A stretch of 59,912 nucleotides of DNA, taken from NCBI GenBank assembly GCA_945875925.1, contig CAMCME010000003.1, positions 1 through 59,912 of the forward strand, read 5' to 3'. The first letter of the stretch is position 1; every line of letters begins with the position of its first letter. The stretch comes from Rickettsia typhi. GTDB lineage: Bacteria > Pseudomonadota > Alphaproteobacteria > Rickettsiales > UBA1997. Positions 40,553 to 50,488 of this stretch are shown in pieces. The translations under genes and the position numbers were made by a program. A model generated the notes under the pieces. The model saw nothing but the letters and a program-made list of their open reading frames with translations. It ran no database searches and had not been told where the DNA came from.

Positions 40553-40993
40553 ATGAAAAAAGCAGTTCTAAAAAATTTAGAAATAATTTTAGCCAGCTCT
40601 TATGGCCTTGCGATTAAAACTCAGAATTATCATTGGAATGTAGTTGGAGCAAATTTCAAATCTCTGCATGAAATGTTTGGCGCGCAATATGAAGAATTAT
40701 CTGATGCCATTGATGAATTAGCCGAAAGAACTAGAGCTTTGGAAGGAAAAGTAGAAGCCAGTTTTGAGAATTTTGCTAAACTTAGCAAAGTTAAAAGCGG
40801 CGATAAAGATTTTAAAGCTGATACAATGTTAAAAGATTTAACTGCTAGTCATGAAGCAATTGCAAAACTTTTGCATGAAGGAATTAAAGTGGCACAAAAA
40901 GAAGCTGATGAAGCCACTGCCGATATGTTTATTGGCAGAATTGAATCTCATGAGAAAGCTGCTTGGATGCTTCGTTCTAGTATTTCTAACTAG
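40553..40993 (+). CDS. dps: DNA starvation/stationary-phase ferritin-like protein
   Basis: NYHWNVVG..FKSLHEMF, IDELAER, DEATAD, HEKAAWML. Confidence 0.95.
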   Translation: MKKAVLKNLEIILASSYGLAIKTQNYHWNVVGANFKSLHEMFGAQYEELSDAIDELAERTRALEGKVEASFENFAKLSKVKSGDKDFKADTMLKDLTASHEAIAKLLHEGIKVAQKEADEATADMFIGRIESHEKAAWMLRSSISN

Positions 40994-41057
40994 ATTTATA
41001 GATTTATTTTTGAGGCAAGAAAGGATTATATATCTAGCTAGCCAAAAATCATTCCCT

Positions 41058-41294
41058 CTCGGTGCCATCCCCGCGAAGGCTGGGATCCAGAAGATTTTCA
41101 TTAAAATCAATCACTTAGGTTTTTTTAACTATTTCTAGATCCCCGCCTTCGCTGCTATAACAAACTAAAAATCTTTACCCTCAATAAAGTTTGTTTGGTA
41201 TATGGGGTCCCCATAAAGTGGGGCGCCGTTCGTACGGCGTAAAATAAAAACTATACCAAACTTAAAGATATTTAGTTTGGTATATGACACCGAG
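41058..41294. repeat. Palindromic repeat with a MITE nested in its right arm
   Basis: Left arm CTCGGTGCCATCCCCGCGAAGGCTGGGATCC; right arm GATCCCCGCCTTCGCTGC[TA..MITE..TA]TGACACCGAG. Confidence 0.85.
41158..41282. mobile_element. 125-bp TA-duplicating MITE, copy of 22874-22999
   Basis: Near-identical sequence; TA at 41156-57 and 41283-84. Confidence 0.9.
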
Positions 41295-41389
41295 GTTGTT
41301 GCTAGTTGAATATAATTCCCAAAAAAAAGACCCCGTCATTCGATTTGAATAAAGGGGTCTTTTTATATATAGTCGAAGAAATATTTCTC

Positions 41390-41911
41390 TTAGTCGAGAA
41401 TCACTTCGCAATTACCATTCGCGATGTAAGCGTCCAAGCCAACAGTTGTGATTTCTTTGTAACGACTATCACCTAAAATTCTGATTAAAGTTCCAACTGG
41501 TCCGTCAGTTTGAACATTGAAGAAAACTCCAGTTTGTCTGAATGTTGCAGGGAATTTATCGCAAATTTCACCTTCGCAACGAGAGATCATTTTATTTTTC
41601 TTATCCAAAATTAAATAAGCCTGAATGTCTCTTTTAGCACATTCTCTTTTAGTACAAATAAATCCTGTCACTGGTGCACATTTAAGCTTATTCCAGGCTT
41701 GTCCAGCTTTATAATATTTCTCAGCTTCACTGAAAACTTGCGTTAGATCTGTTGATTGAATTTCTGGAATATCAGATTCTACTGAAGATTTTTTAGAAGT
41801 TTTTTCAGCTTTAGATTTAGTGCTTAGCTCGATTTTATTTTCTTTAGACCAAGAAGGAGATGAAAGGAGAGAAAAAACAACTGCAAATAAAATTGTGAAT
41901 TTAATTTTCAT
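41390..41911 (-). CDS. Exported Cys-containing hypothetical protein
   Basis: Signal-peptide-like N-terminus, K/S/E-rich linker, six Cys in the C-terminal domain. Confidence 0.75.
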   Translation of the reverse strand: MKIKFTILFAVVFSLLSSPSWSKENKIELSTKSKAEKTSKKSSVESDIPEIQSTDLTQVFSEAEKYYKAGQAWNKLKCAPVTGFICTKRECAKRDIQAYLILDKKNKMISRCEGEICDKFPATFRQTGVFFNVQTDGPVGTLIRILGDSRYKEITTVGLDAYIANGNCEVILD

Positions 41912-41952
41912 ATTTTGTTTTTGAATTTATTGGCAAGGAAATCAAGCAAATT

Positions 41953-42029
41953 TGGTGCACCCGACAGGAGTCGAACCTGTAACCTTCTGATCCGTAGTCA
42001 GATACTCTATCCAATTGAGCTACGGGTGC
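41953..42029 (-). tRNA. tRNA-Arg (ACG)
   Basis: 77 nt GCACCCG...CTACGGA loop...GGTTCGACT...CGGGTGCACCA. Confidence 0.96.
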
Positions 42030-42105
42030 AATTGCAAAACTTTAAACAGCCAAACCAAAGTAAATTGGCTTGGCCGTTTAAAGCCTGATTTTTGTTTGAA
42101 GTTTT

Positions 42106-43167
42106 TTAAGAAACTACTTTTGTTTTTCGTTCTTTTTCTTCGCTATTCTTCTCGGAAGATTTTTCGCCGCTTTTTTTCTTTTTAGCAATACCTAATTTTT
42201 CTCTTACTAAGCTTTCTATCTCTTCAGCAACTTTAGGATTTTCTTTTAGATAAGTTTTTACATTTTCTTTTCCTTGGCCAATTTTATTTCCCTTGTAAGC
42301 ATACCAAGAACCTGACTTTTCAATTATGTCATTTTTGGTCGCAATATCAATAACTTCGCCAATTCTAGAAACGCCTTCACCATAAATAATTTCAAAATCA
42401 GCGGTTTTGAAAGGTGGGGCAACTTTATTTTTTACAACTTTAACACGAGTTTCATTTCCAAGAACTTCTTCTTGATCTTTTATCGCAGTGCCGCGACGAA
42501 TATCAAGGCGAACCGAAGCATAGAATTTCAAAGAATTTCCACCTGATGTTGTTTCTGGAGAACCAAACATCACACCAATTTTCATTCTAATTTGATTGAT
42601 GAAAATGATTGTCGAGTTACTCTTTGAAACTGTCGCAGTTAATTTTCTAAGAGCTTTGCTCATTAATCGAGCTTGTAAACCCATTTGGTTATCACCCATT
42701 CCGCCTTCAAGTTCAACCTGAGGAACTAAAGCTGCAACTGAATCCACAACAACTAAATCAACAGCGCCAGAGCGAATTAAAGTATCAGCAATTTCAAGAG
42801 CAGCTTCACCATTATCTGGTTGAGAAATGATCAATTCTTCTAAATTGATACCAAGATTTTTTGCATAGGCAGGATCAAAAGCATGTTCTGCATCAATGAA
42901 AGCGGCAGATAATCCAGCTTTTTGAGCTTCTGCAATTGCGTGCAAAGTAAGCGTGGTTTTTCCAGAAGATTCTGGTCCGTAAATTTCAATAATTCTGCCA
43001 CGAGGATATCCACCAACTCCAAGAGCAACATCTAGAGATAGAGATCCACTTGGGATAACTTCAATATCAATAACTGGCTTTGAGCCAAATTTCATGGCTG
43101 AGCCTTTACCAAATTGTTTATCAATTTGTGAGAATGCGGCTTCTAAAGCTTTTTTACGATCTTCCAT
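42106..43167 (-). CDS. recA: Recombinase A
   Basis: [42 protein letters not shown]. Confidence 0.99.
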   Translation of the reverse strand: MEDRKKALEAAFSQIDKQFGKGSAMKFGSKPVIDIEVIPSGSLSLDVALGVGGYPRGRIIEIYGPESSGKTTLTLHAIAEAQKAGLSAAFIDAEHAFDPAYAKNLGINLEELIISQPDNGEAALEIADTLIRSGAVDLVVVDSVAALVPQVELEGGMGDNQMGLQARLMSKALRKLTATVSKSNSTIIFINQIRMKIGVMFGSPETTSGGNSLKFYASVRLDIRRGTAIKDQEEVLGNETRVKVVKNKVAPPFKTADFEIIYGEGVSRIGEVIDIATKNDIIEKSGSWYAYKGNKIGQGKENVKTYLKENPKVAEEIESLVREKLGIAKKKKSGEKSSEKNSEEKERKTKVVS

Positions 43168-43246
43168 ATTTCTCTCCTATTTTTTAGTTTTTTTGTTGGT
43201 GTTATTTGTTTTTGAGCGGAAATTTGTACTTCCGCCCAAATACGGT

Positions 43247-44131
43247 TTACTTGTTTAGCAATTTCATCATGGTTTCGCCAAGAGAAGCTGGGCTATCAGC
43301 CACAGAAACTCCAGCAGATTTCATAGCTTCGATTTTATCTTCAGCTCCACCTTTACCACCAGAAATAATGGCACCAGCGTGACCCATTCTTCTACCTTCA
43401 GGAGCAGTACGACCAGCGATGAAACCTACACATGGTTTAGAACGACCTTTTTTAGCTTGAGCTTTCAAGAAAGCTGCAGCTTCTTCTTCGTCAGAACCAC
43501 CAATTTCACCAATCATGATCATAGCTTGAGTTTCTTCATCAGATAAGAACATATCTAAACAATCGATGAAGTTTGTTCCATTAACTGGATCGCCACCAAT
43601 ACCAATACAAGTACTTTGGCCTAAGCCAACTCTGGTTGTTTGGTGAACTGCTTCATAAGTTAAAGTTCCTGAACGAGAAACTATACCGATTGAACCTTTT
43701 TGGTGAATGTGTCCTGGCATGATACCGATTTTACATTCGCCTGGAGTGATAACACCTGGACAGTTTGGTCCAACCAATCTTGATTTTGAACCAGTCAAAG
43801 CTTTTTTAACTTTAACCATGTCAAGAACTGGAATTCCTTCAGTGATACAAATGATCAATTCTATTTCAGCGTCAATCGCTTCCAAAATTGCATCAGCTGC
43901 GAATGGAGGTGGAACATAGATTACAGATGCATTGGCATCAGTTTTTTTACGAGCATCAAACACAGTATCAAAAACTGGTAGATTTAAGTGAAGCGTTCCG
44001 CCTTTAGCCGGAGTAACACCACCAACCATTTTTGTACCGTAAGCAATTGCTTGTTCAGAATGGAAAGTGCCTTGAGCTCCTGTAAAGCCTTGGCAGATAA
44101 CTTTGGTATTTTTATTTACTAGAACTGACAT
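43247..44131 (-). CDS. sucD: Succinyl-CoA synthetase alpha subunit
   Basis: [27 protein letters not shown]. Confidence 0.98.
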   Translation of the reverse strand: MSVLVNKNTKVICQGFTGAQGTFHSEQAIAYGTKMVGGVTPAKGGTLHLNLPVFDTVFDARKKTDANASVIYVPPPFAADAILEAIDAEIELIICITEGIPVLDMVKVKKALTGSKSRLVGPNCPGVITPGECKIGIMPGHIHQKGSIGIVSRSGTLTYEAVHQTTRVGLGQSTCIGIGGDPVNGTNFIDCLDMFLSDEETQAMIMIGEIGGSDEEEAAAFLKAQAKKGRSKPCVGFIAGRTAPEGRRMGHAGAIISGGKGGAEDKIEAMKSAGVSVADSPASLGETMMKLLNK

Positions 44132-44157
44132 TTGGTTTCTTTAGTTTGTTTTTAGAA

Positions 44158-45327
44158 TTATTTTACAGCTGCAACAATTTTTTGCGCCGCATCAGATAAG
44201 TCGTTAGCAGAAATTACTGCTAAACCAGATTTAGCAAGTATTTCTTTACCAAGTTCAACATTGGTACCTTCAAGTCTTACAACCAAAGGAATACTTAAAT
44301 TAACTTCTTTTGCAGCTTCAATAATACCGTTAGCGATAATATCGCAACGCATGATACCACCAAAGATATTAACCAAAATGCCTTTTACATTTGGATCAGA
44401 AAGAATGATTTTAAAAGCTGCAGTAACTTTTTCACGAGTAGCTCCACCGCCAACATCTAAGAAGTTAGCTGGAGATGAACCATAAAGTTTAATGATATCC
44501 ATTGTTGCCATAGCAAGACCAGCACCATTAACCATACAGCCAATTTTACCATCCATCTTCACATAATTTAGATCATATTTCGAAGCTTCAATTTCTAGAG
44601 GCTCTTCTTCATCTAAGTCACGAAGCTCTTTGATGTCGTCATGACGATGCAAAGAGTTATCGTCGAAATTATATTTTGCGTCTAAAGCAACGATATCGCC
44701 TTCAACTGTTTCAACTAGTGGGTTGATTTCAATTTGAGCTGCATCTGTTTCGATGAAAGCTTTGTAAAGAGAGAAGATTAATTTGCTGAATTTTTTCAAA
44801 GTTTCGCCTGAGAAACCAAGAGAAAAACCAAGTTTTCTAGCATGGAATTGTTGAATTCCTGCAGCAGCATCAACTGCAACTGTGATGATTTTTTCTGGAG
44901 TATGTTGAGCAACTTCTTCGATTTCAACGCCACCTTCGGTGGAAGCCATGAAAACTACAGATTTAGTTTTGCGATCAACAACAACTGAAAGGTAATATTC
45001 TTTTTTAATGTTTGAACCAGCTTCAATGTAAAGTCTTTTTACAAGTCTGCCTTCAGGTCCAGTTTGGTGAGTAACCAAAGTCATGCCTAGAATTTGTGAA
45101 GCTTTTTCTTTAACCTCTTCAACTGATTTTACAACCTTAACACCGCCACCTTTACCGCGACCACCTGCATGAATTTGAGCCTTAACTACAAAAACTTTAT
45201 TTCCGGCAGCTTCTAAAACCTCAGCTGCTTGAAATGCTTCTGGGATACTAAAAGCAACATGTCCTTCTGGAACAACGACGCCAAATTTTTTAAGCAGGGC
45301 TTTAGCCTGATATTCATGAATGTTCAT
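44158..45327 (-). CDS. sucC: Succinyl-CoA synthetase beta subunit
   Basis: [39 protein letters not shown]. Confidence 0.98.
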   Translation of the reverse strand: MNIHEYQAKALLKKFGVVVPEGHVAFSIPEAFQAAEVLEAAGNKVFVVKAQIHAGGRGKGGGVKVVKSVEEVKEKASQILGMTLVTHQTGPEGRLVKRLYIEAGSNIKKEYYLSVVVDRKTKSVVFMASTEGGVEIEEVAQHTPEKIITVAVDAAAGIQQFHARKLGFSLGFSGETLKKFSKLIFSLYKAFIETDAAQIEINPLVETVEGDIVALDAKYNFDDNSLHRHDDIKELRDLDEEEPLEIEASKYDLNYVKMDGKIGCMVNGAGLAMATMDIIKLYGSSPANFLDVGGGATREKVTAAFKIILSDPNVKGILVNIFGGIMRCDIIANGIIEAAKEVNLSIPLVVRLEGTNVELGKEILAKSGLAVISANDLSDAAQKIVAAVK

Positions 45328-45550
45328 GTCTAATTTTATTTGAAATTGAACTTAATACCCGATTTTAGATATTGATCGGGAGAAATAAGGATCTCTACTG
45401 AAGTAGAGCGCACCTAAATAAGTGATATAATCTAAAGAACTCTAGGTTTAACTATAGAGTTGCAAAAAATGAGGGGCTCACAATAAATTTTGTTTTTAAC
45501 TTGGCAATAAAATATTCTAACCTTTCCATAATCTTTCTCGACATTTTTTG

Positions 45551-46297
45551 ATGAAAAAATCCGTTTTAATAATTAGGCCGAAAGATCAGGCTGCAGAAGT
45601 TGCAAATTATCTTAAAAATAGTGGATTTGAAGTTTTTATAGAGCCAACTTTTGTGGTACAAAAATCTATTGAACCAGATGCTGATTCATTAGCAAAAATT
45701 TTTCAAAAAAAGATCGCAGCAATCATTCTAACCAGCGCAAATGCAGACAAAACAGCTTTGCAAGTGATGAGTGATTTGAATCTTGATAAGAATATTAAAA
45801 TTTTTGCAGTGGGGAAAAAGACTGCCAAAACCTTTGTAGATTTGGGTTACAAAAATATTCTTTTTTCAGAAGAAAAATCTGCCGAGAGTTTAGAAAGAAA
45901 AATTCTGAGCGATAAAGAAATTATCTCTCAAAAAAGCGAAGAAGTTTTATTATACTTTTGCGGAGAAATTATAACTTTGGATTTTCAAGCTAGACTCGCT
46001 GAATTAAATGTTAAATTAGAGAAAATTATCTCTTACAAAATTCTTGAAAAAGAAAAATTTTCAGAAGAATTTTTAACAATATCTAAAAAATCAAATTTTG
46101 ATTTCACACTTATTTACTCTAAAAACAGTCTTAAGCATTTTTTTGAGTTGTTAAAAAAACATAATCTGTTTGAATCTTTTCAAAGCAGACGAATATTGTG
46201 TTTAAGTGCCAAAATTCTCTCTTTGGCGCGCGATCTTGGATTTAAAAATTCTGCAACTTTTGCAGAAATTTCAATTTTAAAAAAATTCTATGACTGA
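45551..46297 (+). CDS. hemD: Uroporphyrinogen-III synthase
   Basis: VLIIRP, LTSANA, FAVGKKTA, LIYSKNS; position before mic60/hemY-like genes fits. Confidence 0.85.
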   Translation: MKKSVLIIRPKDQAAEVANYLKNSGFEVFIEPTFVVQKSIEPDADSLAKIFQKKIAAIILTSANADKTALQVMSDLNLDKNIKIFAVGKKTAKTFVDLGYKNILFSEEKSAESLERKILSDKEIISQKSEEVLLYFCGEIITLDFQARLAELNVKLEKIISYKILEKEKFSEEFLTISKKSNFDFTLIYSKNSLKHFFELLKKHNLFESFQSRRILCLSAKILSLARDLGFKNSATFAEISILKKFYD

Positions 46298-47297
46298 AGA
46301 AAATATTCAAAAAGATTTGGAAAACAAAATCTTAAAAAAAACACCATCTGCAAATTTGGCAAATAAAAAACATATCTCATCTTCAGCAAGAATTATATTT
46401 TTTGTGGCAATTTCTGCGGCAGCTTATTTTGGTTTTAAATACTTCAAAATCAAAGAAGCTGTAAGATTAAACGCCAAAACCGAAGTTAGCAAATTTGATG
46501 CTATTGAAAGCGAAATTTTTGATTTGGCTGATGAATATAAAAATCAGATGAATGGCGAAAGTTCGGGCGATATTTCAGAAATTTCTAGTAATGAAATTAA
46601 AGAAAAAGGTGCGGGATTTATTTATAAAATGCTGCTGAAAAATCAGATTCAACTTAATGATTTGAAGGGCCAAATTCAAAGTCTTAAAACTGATTTCTCA
46701 AAATATAAAAGTCAGGAGAAAACTCTTAAAATAATTTTTACTTATGTTGATTTGAGACAAAAAGTTTTTGCCAGAAACAATGAAAATTATGAAGAGACTT
46801 TGAAAAGCCTTGAACTATTAGCTTCAACAGATTCTCAGCTGCAAGAAAAAGTTACAAAATTGCGCAGCCTTTTAAAAGATTTTTCGGGAGAAAAAGCCTT
46901 AAGCGCGAAATTTCATGATTTGATTCCTGAAATGATTATCACAAAAAATCAAGGTGCTGCAAATGATAGCTTCATCTCTAAAATTCGTCGCCATCTTTCT
47001 AAATTAATAATTGTGAGAAGAATTGACGAAAAAAATCCTATGGAAGTGGATGCTGCGATTGTGAAAGTTGAAAAATTATTACAAGAACAAAATTATCAAG
47101 AAGCCTTAACTGCATTGGTTGCATTGGATCAGACTTATCATGAAATTATCGTTGGATTTTTAGAAACACTAAACAACGCCTCCGAATTGCAAAAACTTGA
47201 TCGGGACATTTTTGCTTACCTAAAAAACTTAGGCCCAGAAAAATTAGGCCAAGAAAAATTAGGCCAAGAAAACCTAAGCTCAGGCGTTTCAAATTAA
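46290..47297 (+). CDS. Mitofilin-domain (COG4223 / alphaMic60-like) membrane protein
   Basis: One N-terminal TM, coiled coil, C-terminal SKLIIVRR..VDAAIVKVEKLL..QEALTALVAL; sits between hemD and a HemY-like gene. Confidence 0.7.
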   Translation: MTEENIQKDLENKILKKTPSANLANKKHISSSARIIFFVAISAAAYFGFKYFKIKEAVRLNAKTEVSKFDAIESEIFDLADEYKNQMNGESSGDISEISSNEIKEKGAGFIYKMLLKNQIQLNDLKGQIQSLKTDFSKYKSQEKTLKIIFTYVDLRQKVFARNNENYEETLKSLELLASTDSQLQEKVTKLRSLLKDFSGEKALSAKFHDLIPEMIITKNQGAANDSFISKIRRHLSKLIIVRRIDEKNPMEVDAAIVKVEKLLQEQNYQEALTALVALDQTYHEIIVGFLETLNNASELQKLDRDIFAYLKNLGPEKLGQEKLGQENLSSGVSN

Positions 47298-47318
47298 CTA
47301 AATTAAGTATTCGTCAAT

Positions 47319-48629
47319 ATGCTAAAAACTACCTGGTTTTTATTTCTCGCTTTCGCAATCTCTACTCCTTTAATTTGGATGCTAAATCATGATGGCCAAG
47401 TGGTAATTACTTGGCTTGGATTTGAAGCTCAAACCGACATTTTAACCGCCATTATACTGGCAATTTTATTCACGCTTTTGGTCTTCATAATTTCTTATGC
47501 AGTCACCAGAATCTTGGCGATAAGATTTCCTAATTTGCTGAAAATGTTTTTCAAAAAAACTTATCTAAAAAGATTAGAAAAATTAGTTCACAGACATTGG
47601 CAAGGTTTGGATGTGATGGCGCAACTATTGATGGCGATTGAAACTAAAGATTTAAAATCATCAGAAAAATTACAAAAAAAATTATCTAAATTAATCAAAA
47701 ATCCTCAGTTAAATAATTTTCTTTCAGGCAAGTTGGCTTTTGATAATAAGGACTTCGCGAGTGCTGAAGAATTTTTTACCAAATTAGGTGACGACAAAAA
47801 TGCAAAAATTTTGGTCTTAAAATCTAAGTTCAAATTGGCTTTAGAAAATAATGATGAAGTGACAGCAATTGCTTATGCCAAACAGATTTTATCGGTGAAA
47901 AAAGATAATATGGACATGGCGCGCACTTTGCTTTCCTTATATAAAAAACATGGCTTATGGCAAGATGCGAAAGAGTTGATTGGTACTTATGGAATTGAGC
48001 AATTTAGAGATGAATTACAAAGAAGAGATTTGGCGGTGATGAACACTGCTTTGGCTTTTGAATTTTATCACAAGAAGCATTTTGCAAGCGCCATTAAGCA
48101 CGCTAAAATGGCGTTGAAATCGGAAAATGATTTTTTACCAGCAATTGAAGTGATGCTGAAATCTTGGATCAAAAGAGGATTTTCTTTTAAGGCTAGTTGG
48201 ATGATAAAAAATTTATGGCGCGAAAATCCGCATTTAATTTTAGCAGAAATTTTTGATTTAATTCATCGCAAATCTCCAGCAAAAGTTAGAATCAAAGCCA
48301 TGAAAAAACTGGCCGCTTTGAATCCAGAAACTCATTTAGGAAAATTAGCAATTGGACTTGTAGCCTTCAGAGCCAGCCAATATGAAGATGCGAAGGAGTT
48401 TTTAAGATTGTCACTTTTAACCGAAAAAACTTATCGTGCTTACAAACTTTTGGCTTACAGCGAAAGATTTTTAGGCGATAAAGAAAAGGCGCAACAATAT
48501 TCACAGAAAGCCGAAATGATGAGCCGAAATGATCATTATTCTTGCAGCAATTGTAATCATTCAAGCGCCAGCTGGGATGCTAAATGCACAACTTGCGGAA
48601 GTCATGATTGTTTGGAGTGGCATTCTTAA
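47319..48629 (+). CDS. HemY-like (Orf52) TPR membrane protein
   Basis: Two N-terminal TMs with GQVVITWLG, helical repeats, C-terminal CSNC..W..KCTTC zinc ribbon. Confidence 0.78.
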   Translation: MLKTTWFLFLAFAISTPLIWMLNHDGQVVITWLGFEAQTDILTAIILAILFTLLVFIISYAVTRILAIRFPNLLKMFFKKTYLKRLEKLVHRHWQGLDVMAQLLMAIETKDLKSSEKLQKKLSKLIKNPQLNNFLSGKLAFDNKDFASAEEFFTKLGDDKNAKILVLKSKFKLALENNDEVTAIAYAKQILSVKKDNMDMARTLLSLYKKHGLWQDAKELIGTYGIEQFRDELQRRDLAVMNTALAFEFYHKKHFASAIKHAKMALKSENDFLPAIEVMLKSWIKRGFSFKASWMIKNLWRENPHLILAEIFDLIHRKSPAKVRIKAMKKLAALNPETHLGKLAIGLVAFRASQYEDAKEFLRLSLLTEKTYRAYKLLAYSERFLGDKEKAQQYSQKAEMMSRNDHYSCSNCNHSSASWDAKCTTCGSHDCLEWHS

Positions 48630-48654
48630 CTTATGTGGCTGTTATTTCTATATA

Positions 48655-48745
48655 ACTGTCATTTCGAGCGTAGCGAGAAATCTCAGGAATCTTAAACTAT
48701 TAGAGCAAAACTCATGAGATTTCTCGCTACGCTCGAAATGACAGT
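48655..48745. repeat. Palindromic repeat with perfect 30-bp arms, followed by a 19-bp tandem duplication (48735-48772)
   Basis: ACTGTCATTTCGAGCGTAGCGAGAAATCTC / GAGATTTCTCGCTACGCTCGAAATGACAGT; GAAATGACAGTGAGTAGAA x2. Confidence 0.9.
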
Positions 48746-48780
48746 GAGTAGAAGAAATGACAGTGAGTAGAATACTTATA

Positions 48781-49953
48781 TTAAAACTTTCTTCTACCAG
48801 ATTTACCGCGACTTCCTCTCCAATCTCTTTTTTCACCTTCTGGTTTCTCAGCTCCAGCTTTTTCTGATTTTGGTTTTTCTGATCTAGGTCTTCCTGATTC
48901 TGATCTTGATCTTCCAGCGCCACCCGAACTTCTAGCACCACCTCTTGCTGATCCAAATCTTGAAGATCTGCCTCTTCCACCTTCTCTTTCTTCTTGTTCA
49001 TCACCAGATTTTTTACCAGATTTTAAATCAGGCTTTGCCACAACTTTAGGAGCTGGAGGCAGCAAGAAATCTGGCAAAGCAGTTTCAATTTCCAACTTCT
49101 TACCAAAAAAATCTTCCATCACAATTTTCTTAGCATGCAAACAAACTCGTCTGGCCAAATCTCTTTTGATTACATCTTTTCCACCATATTTTACATCGCC
49201 GATAATTGCATGACCAAGCTCTTTGCAATGAACGCGAAGTTGGTGTGTGCGGCCAGTTAAAGGCGACAATTCTACCAAAGAATAATCTTTAAATTTTTCT
49301 AAAAGTTTAAATTCAGTAATTGCTTCTTTGCCATCAACTTCATCGCGATAAACTTTTTCATTTTTGCCAACAAATTTTTTGCAAATTGGAATATTAATCA
49401 CACCTTCAGTTTTTTTCATAACACCAACCACCAGCGCCAAATATGTCTTGCGAATGGTTTTATTTTTGAAAGCTGCGGTAAGAATTTCTGCCGCCGCAGA
49501 ATTTCGTGCAATCAATAAAAGCCCGCTGGTGTCTTTGTCTAAGCGATGAACCAGCTGTGGATTTTCTTGATTTCCAAATCTTAAATAAGGCAAATAATCA
49601 TCCACCGAAATTAAAATTCCGCTGCCGCCTTGAGTTGCAAGGCCAGATGGTTTGTTCAAAGCGATGATATTGTCATCACGAAAAATTATTTGTTCTTTAA
49701 TCTGAGCAACTTTTTGATCACTGATTTTAGTTTTTTTCTTTTCAAATTCAGTGCGAATTTCGATTTCAGCAAAAACATTTATTTCGTCTGCATGTTCAGT
49801 TTTGTAAGATGCATCAACTCTTGCACTATTAACTCTGACTTTTTTTTCACGCACTAATTTTTGCGCTAGTCCAAAAGAAATATCAAATTTTTGACATAAA
49901 AATTTATCTAAACGAAGAGATGTAAAATCTTTGGTAACGGTGACTTGAGGCAT
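48781..49953 (-). CDS. rluC: RluA/RluC-family 23S rRNA pseudouridine synthase
   Basis: S4 domain RLDKFL, HRLDKDTSG, LTGRTHQLRVH, GDVKYG; long G/R/S/E-rich tail. Confidence 0.9.
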   Translation of the reverse strand: MPQVTVTKDFTSLRLDKFLCQKFDISFGLAQKLVREKKVRVNSARVDASYKTEHADEINVFAEIEIRTEFEKKKTKISDQKVAQIKEQIIFRDDNIIALNKPSGLATQGGSGILISVDDYLPYLRFGNQENPQLVHRLDKDTSGLLLIARNSAAAEILTAAFKNKTIRKTYLALVVGVMKKTEGVINIPICKKFVGKNEKVYRDEVDGKEAITEFKLLEKFKDYSLVELSPLTGRTHQLRVHCKELGHAIIGDVKYGGKDVIKRDLARRVCLHAKKIVMEDFFGKKLEIETALPDFLLPPAPKVVAKPDLKSGKKSGDEQEEREGGRGRSSRFGSARGGARSSGGAGRSRSESGRPRSEKPKSEKAGAEKPEGEKRDWRGSRGKSGRRKF

Positions 49954-50388
49954 TTAAGCGAGAATAAGTTTTGTTAAATAAAAGCCGAAAAATAAGGCTA
50001 ATATTGAAAGTGTCACTGATGATAAAGCATAAAAAAGCGCTAGAGTGTTTTGGCCCGCAGTGAAGAGACGAAAGAAATCTAAAGAAAATGCTGAGAAGGT
50101 TGTAAAGCCACCTAAAAAACCAACAAATAATAAACTTCTAGTTTTGCTGCCCAGCACATCGAAATATTTAATCATCACATAATAAAGCACGCCGGCAATT
50201 AAAGAACCAAGAACATTCACACAAAATGTTCCCCAAGGAAAATTTGCGGGAAAATTTGCGGGAAAATTTGCGGGAAAATTTTTAGAGATATTTTCAACAC
50301 GAATTGATTTGGTGATGAATTCGAAAGTTAGGTATCTAGCGACTGAGCCAAGAGCGCCGCCAATGGCGATTAGGAGAATGTTGAGCAT
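49954..50388 (-). CDS. crcB: Fluoride channel CrcB/Fluc
   Basis: GGALGSVARY, FPWGTFCVN, GFLGGFTTFSAF. Confidence 0.95.
   Translation of the reverse strand: MLNILLIAIGGALGSVARYLTFEFITKSIRVENISKNFPANFPANFPANFPWGTFCVNVLGSLIAGVLYYVMIKYFDVLGSKTRSLLFVGFLGGFTTFSAFSLDFFRLFTAGQNTLALFYALSSVTLSILALFFGFYLTKLILA
50237..50281. repeat. In-frame 12-bp tandem repeat inside crcB
   Basis: GGAAAATTTGCG x3.75, encoding NFPA-NFPA-NFPA-NFP. Confidence 0.95.
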
Positions 50389-50424
50389 GTGCTAAATTTT
50401 TGTAATAAATATCAACATATCTTC

Positions 50425-50477
50425 GCCATTGCGAGCGTGAGCGAAACAATCCTGCAGATTCGTAAGCTAGCAATAAC
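50425..50477. repeat. Degenerate palindromic repeat (GTCATTGCGAGCG family)
   Basis: GCCATTGCGAGCGTGAGCGAAACAATCC with a decayed right arm. Confidence 0.55.
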
Positions 50478-50488
50478 GAAATAAAATC

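Noticed and set aside
43168-43246. LexA box upstream of recA
   Set aside because: No GTTC-N7-GTTC or GAAC-N7-GAAC match; the region is mostly the sucD terminator hairpin and T-rich sequence.
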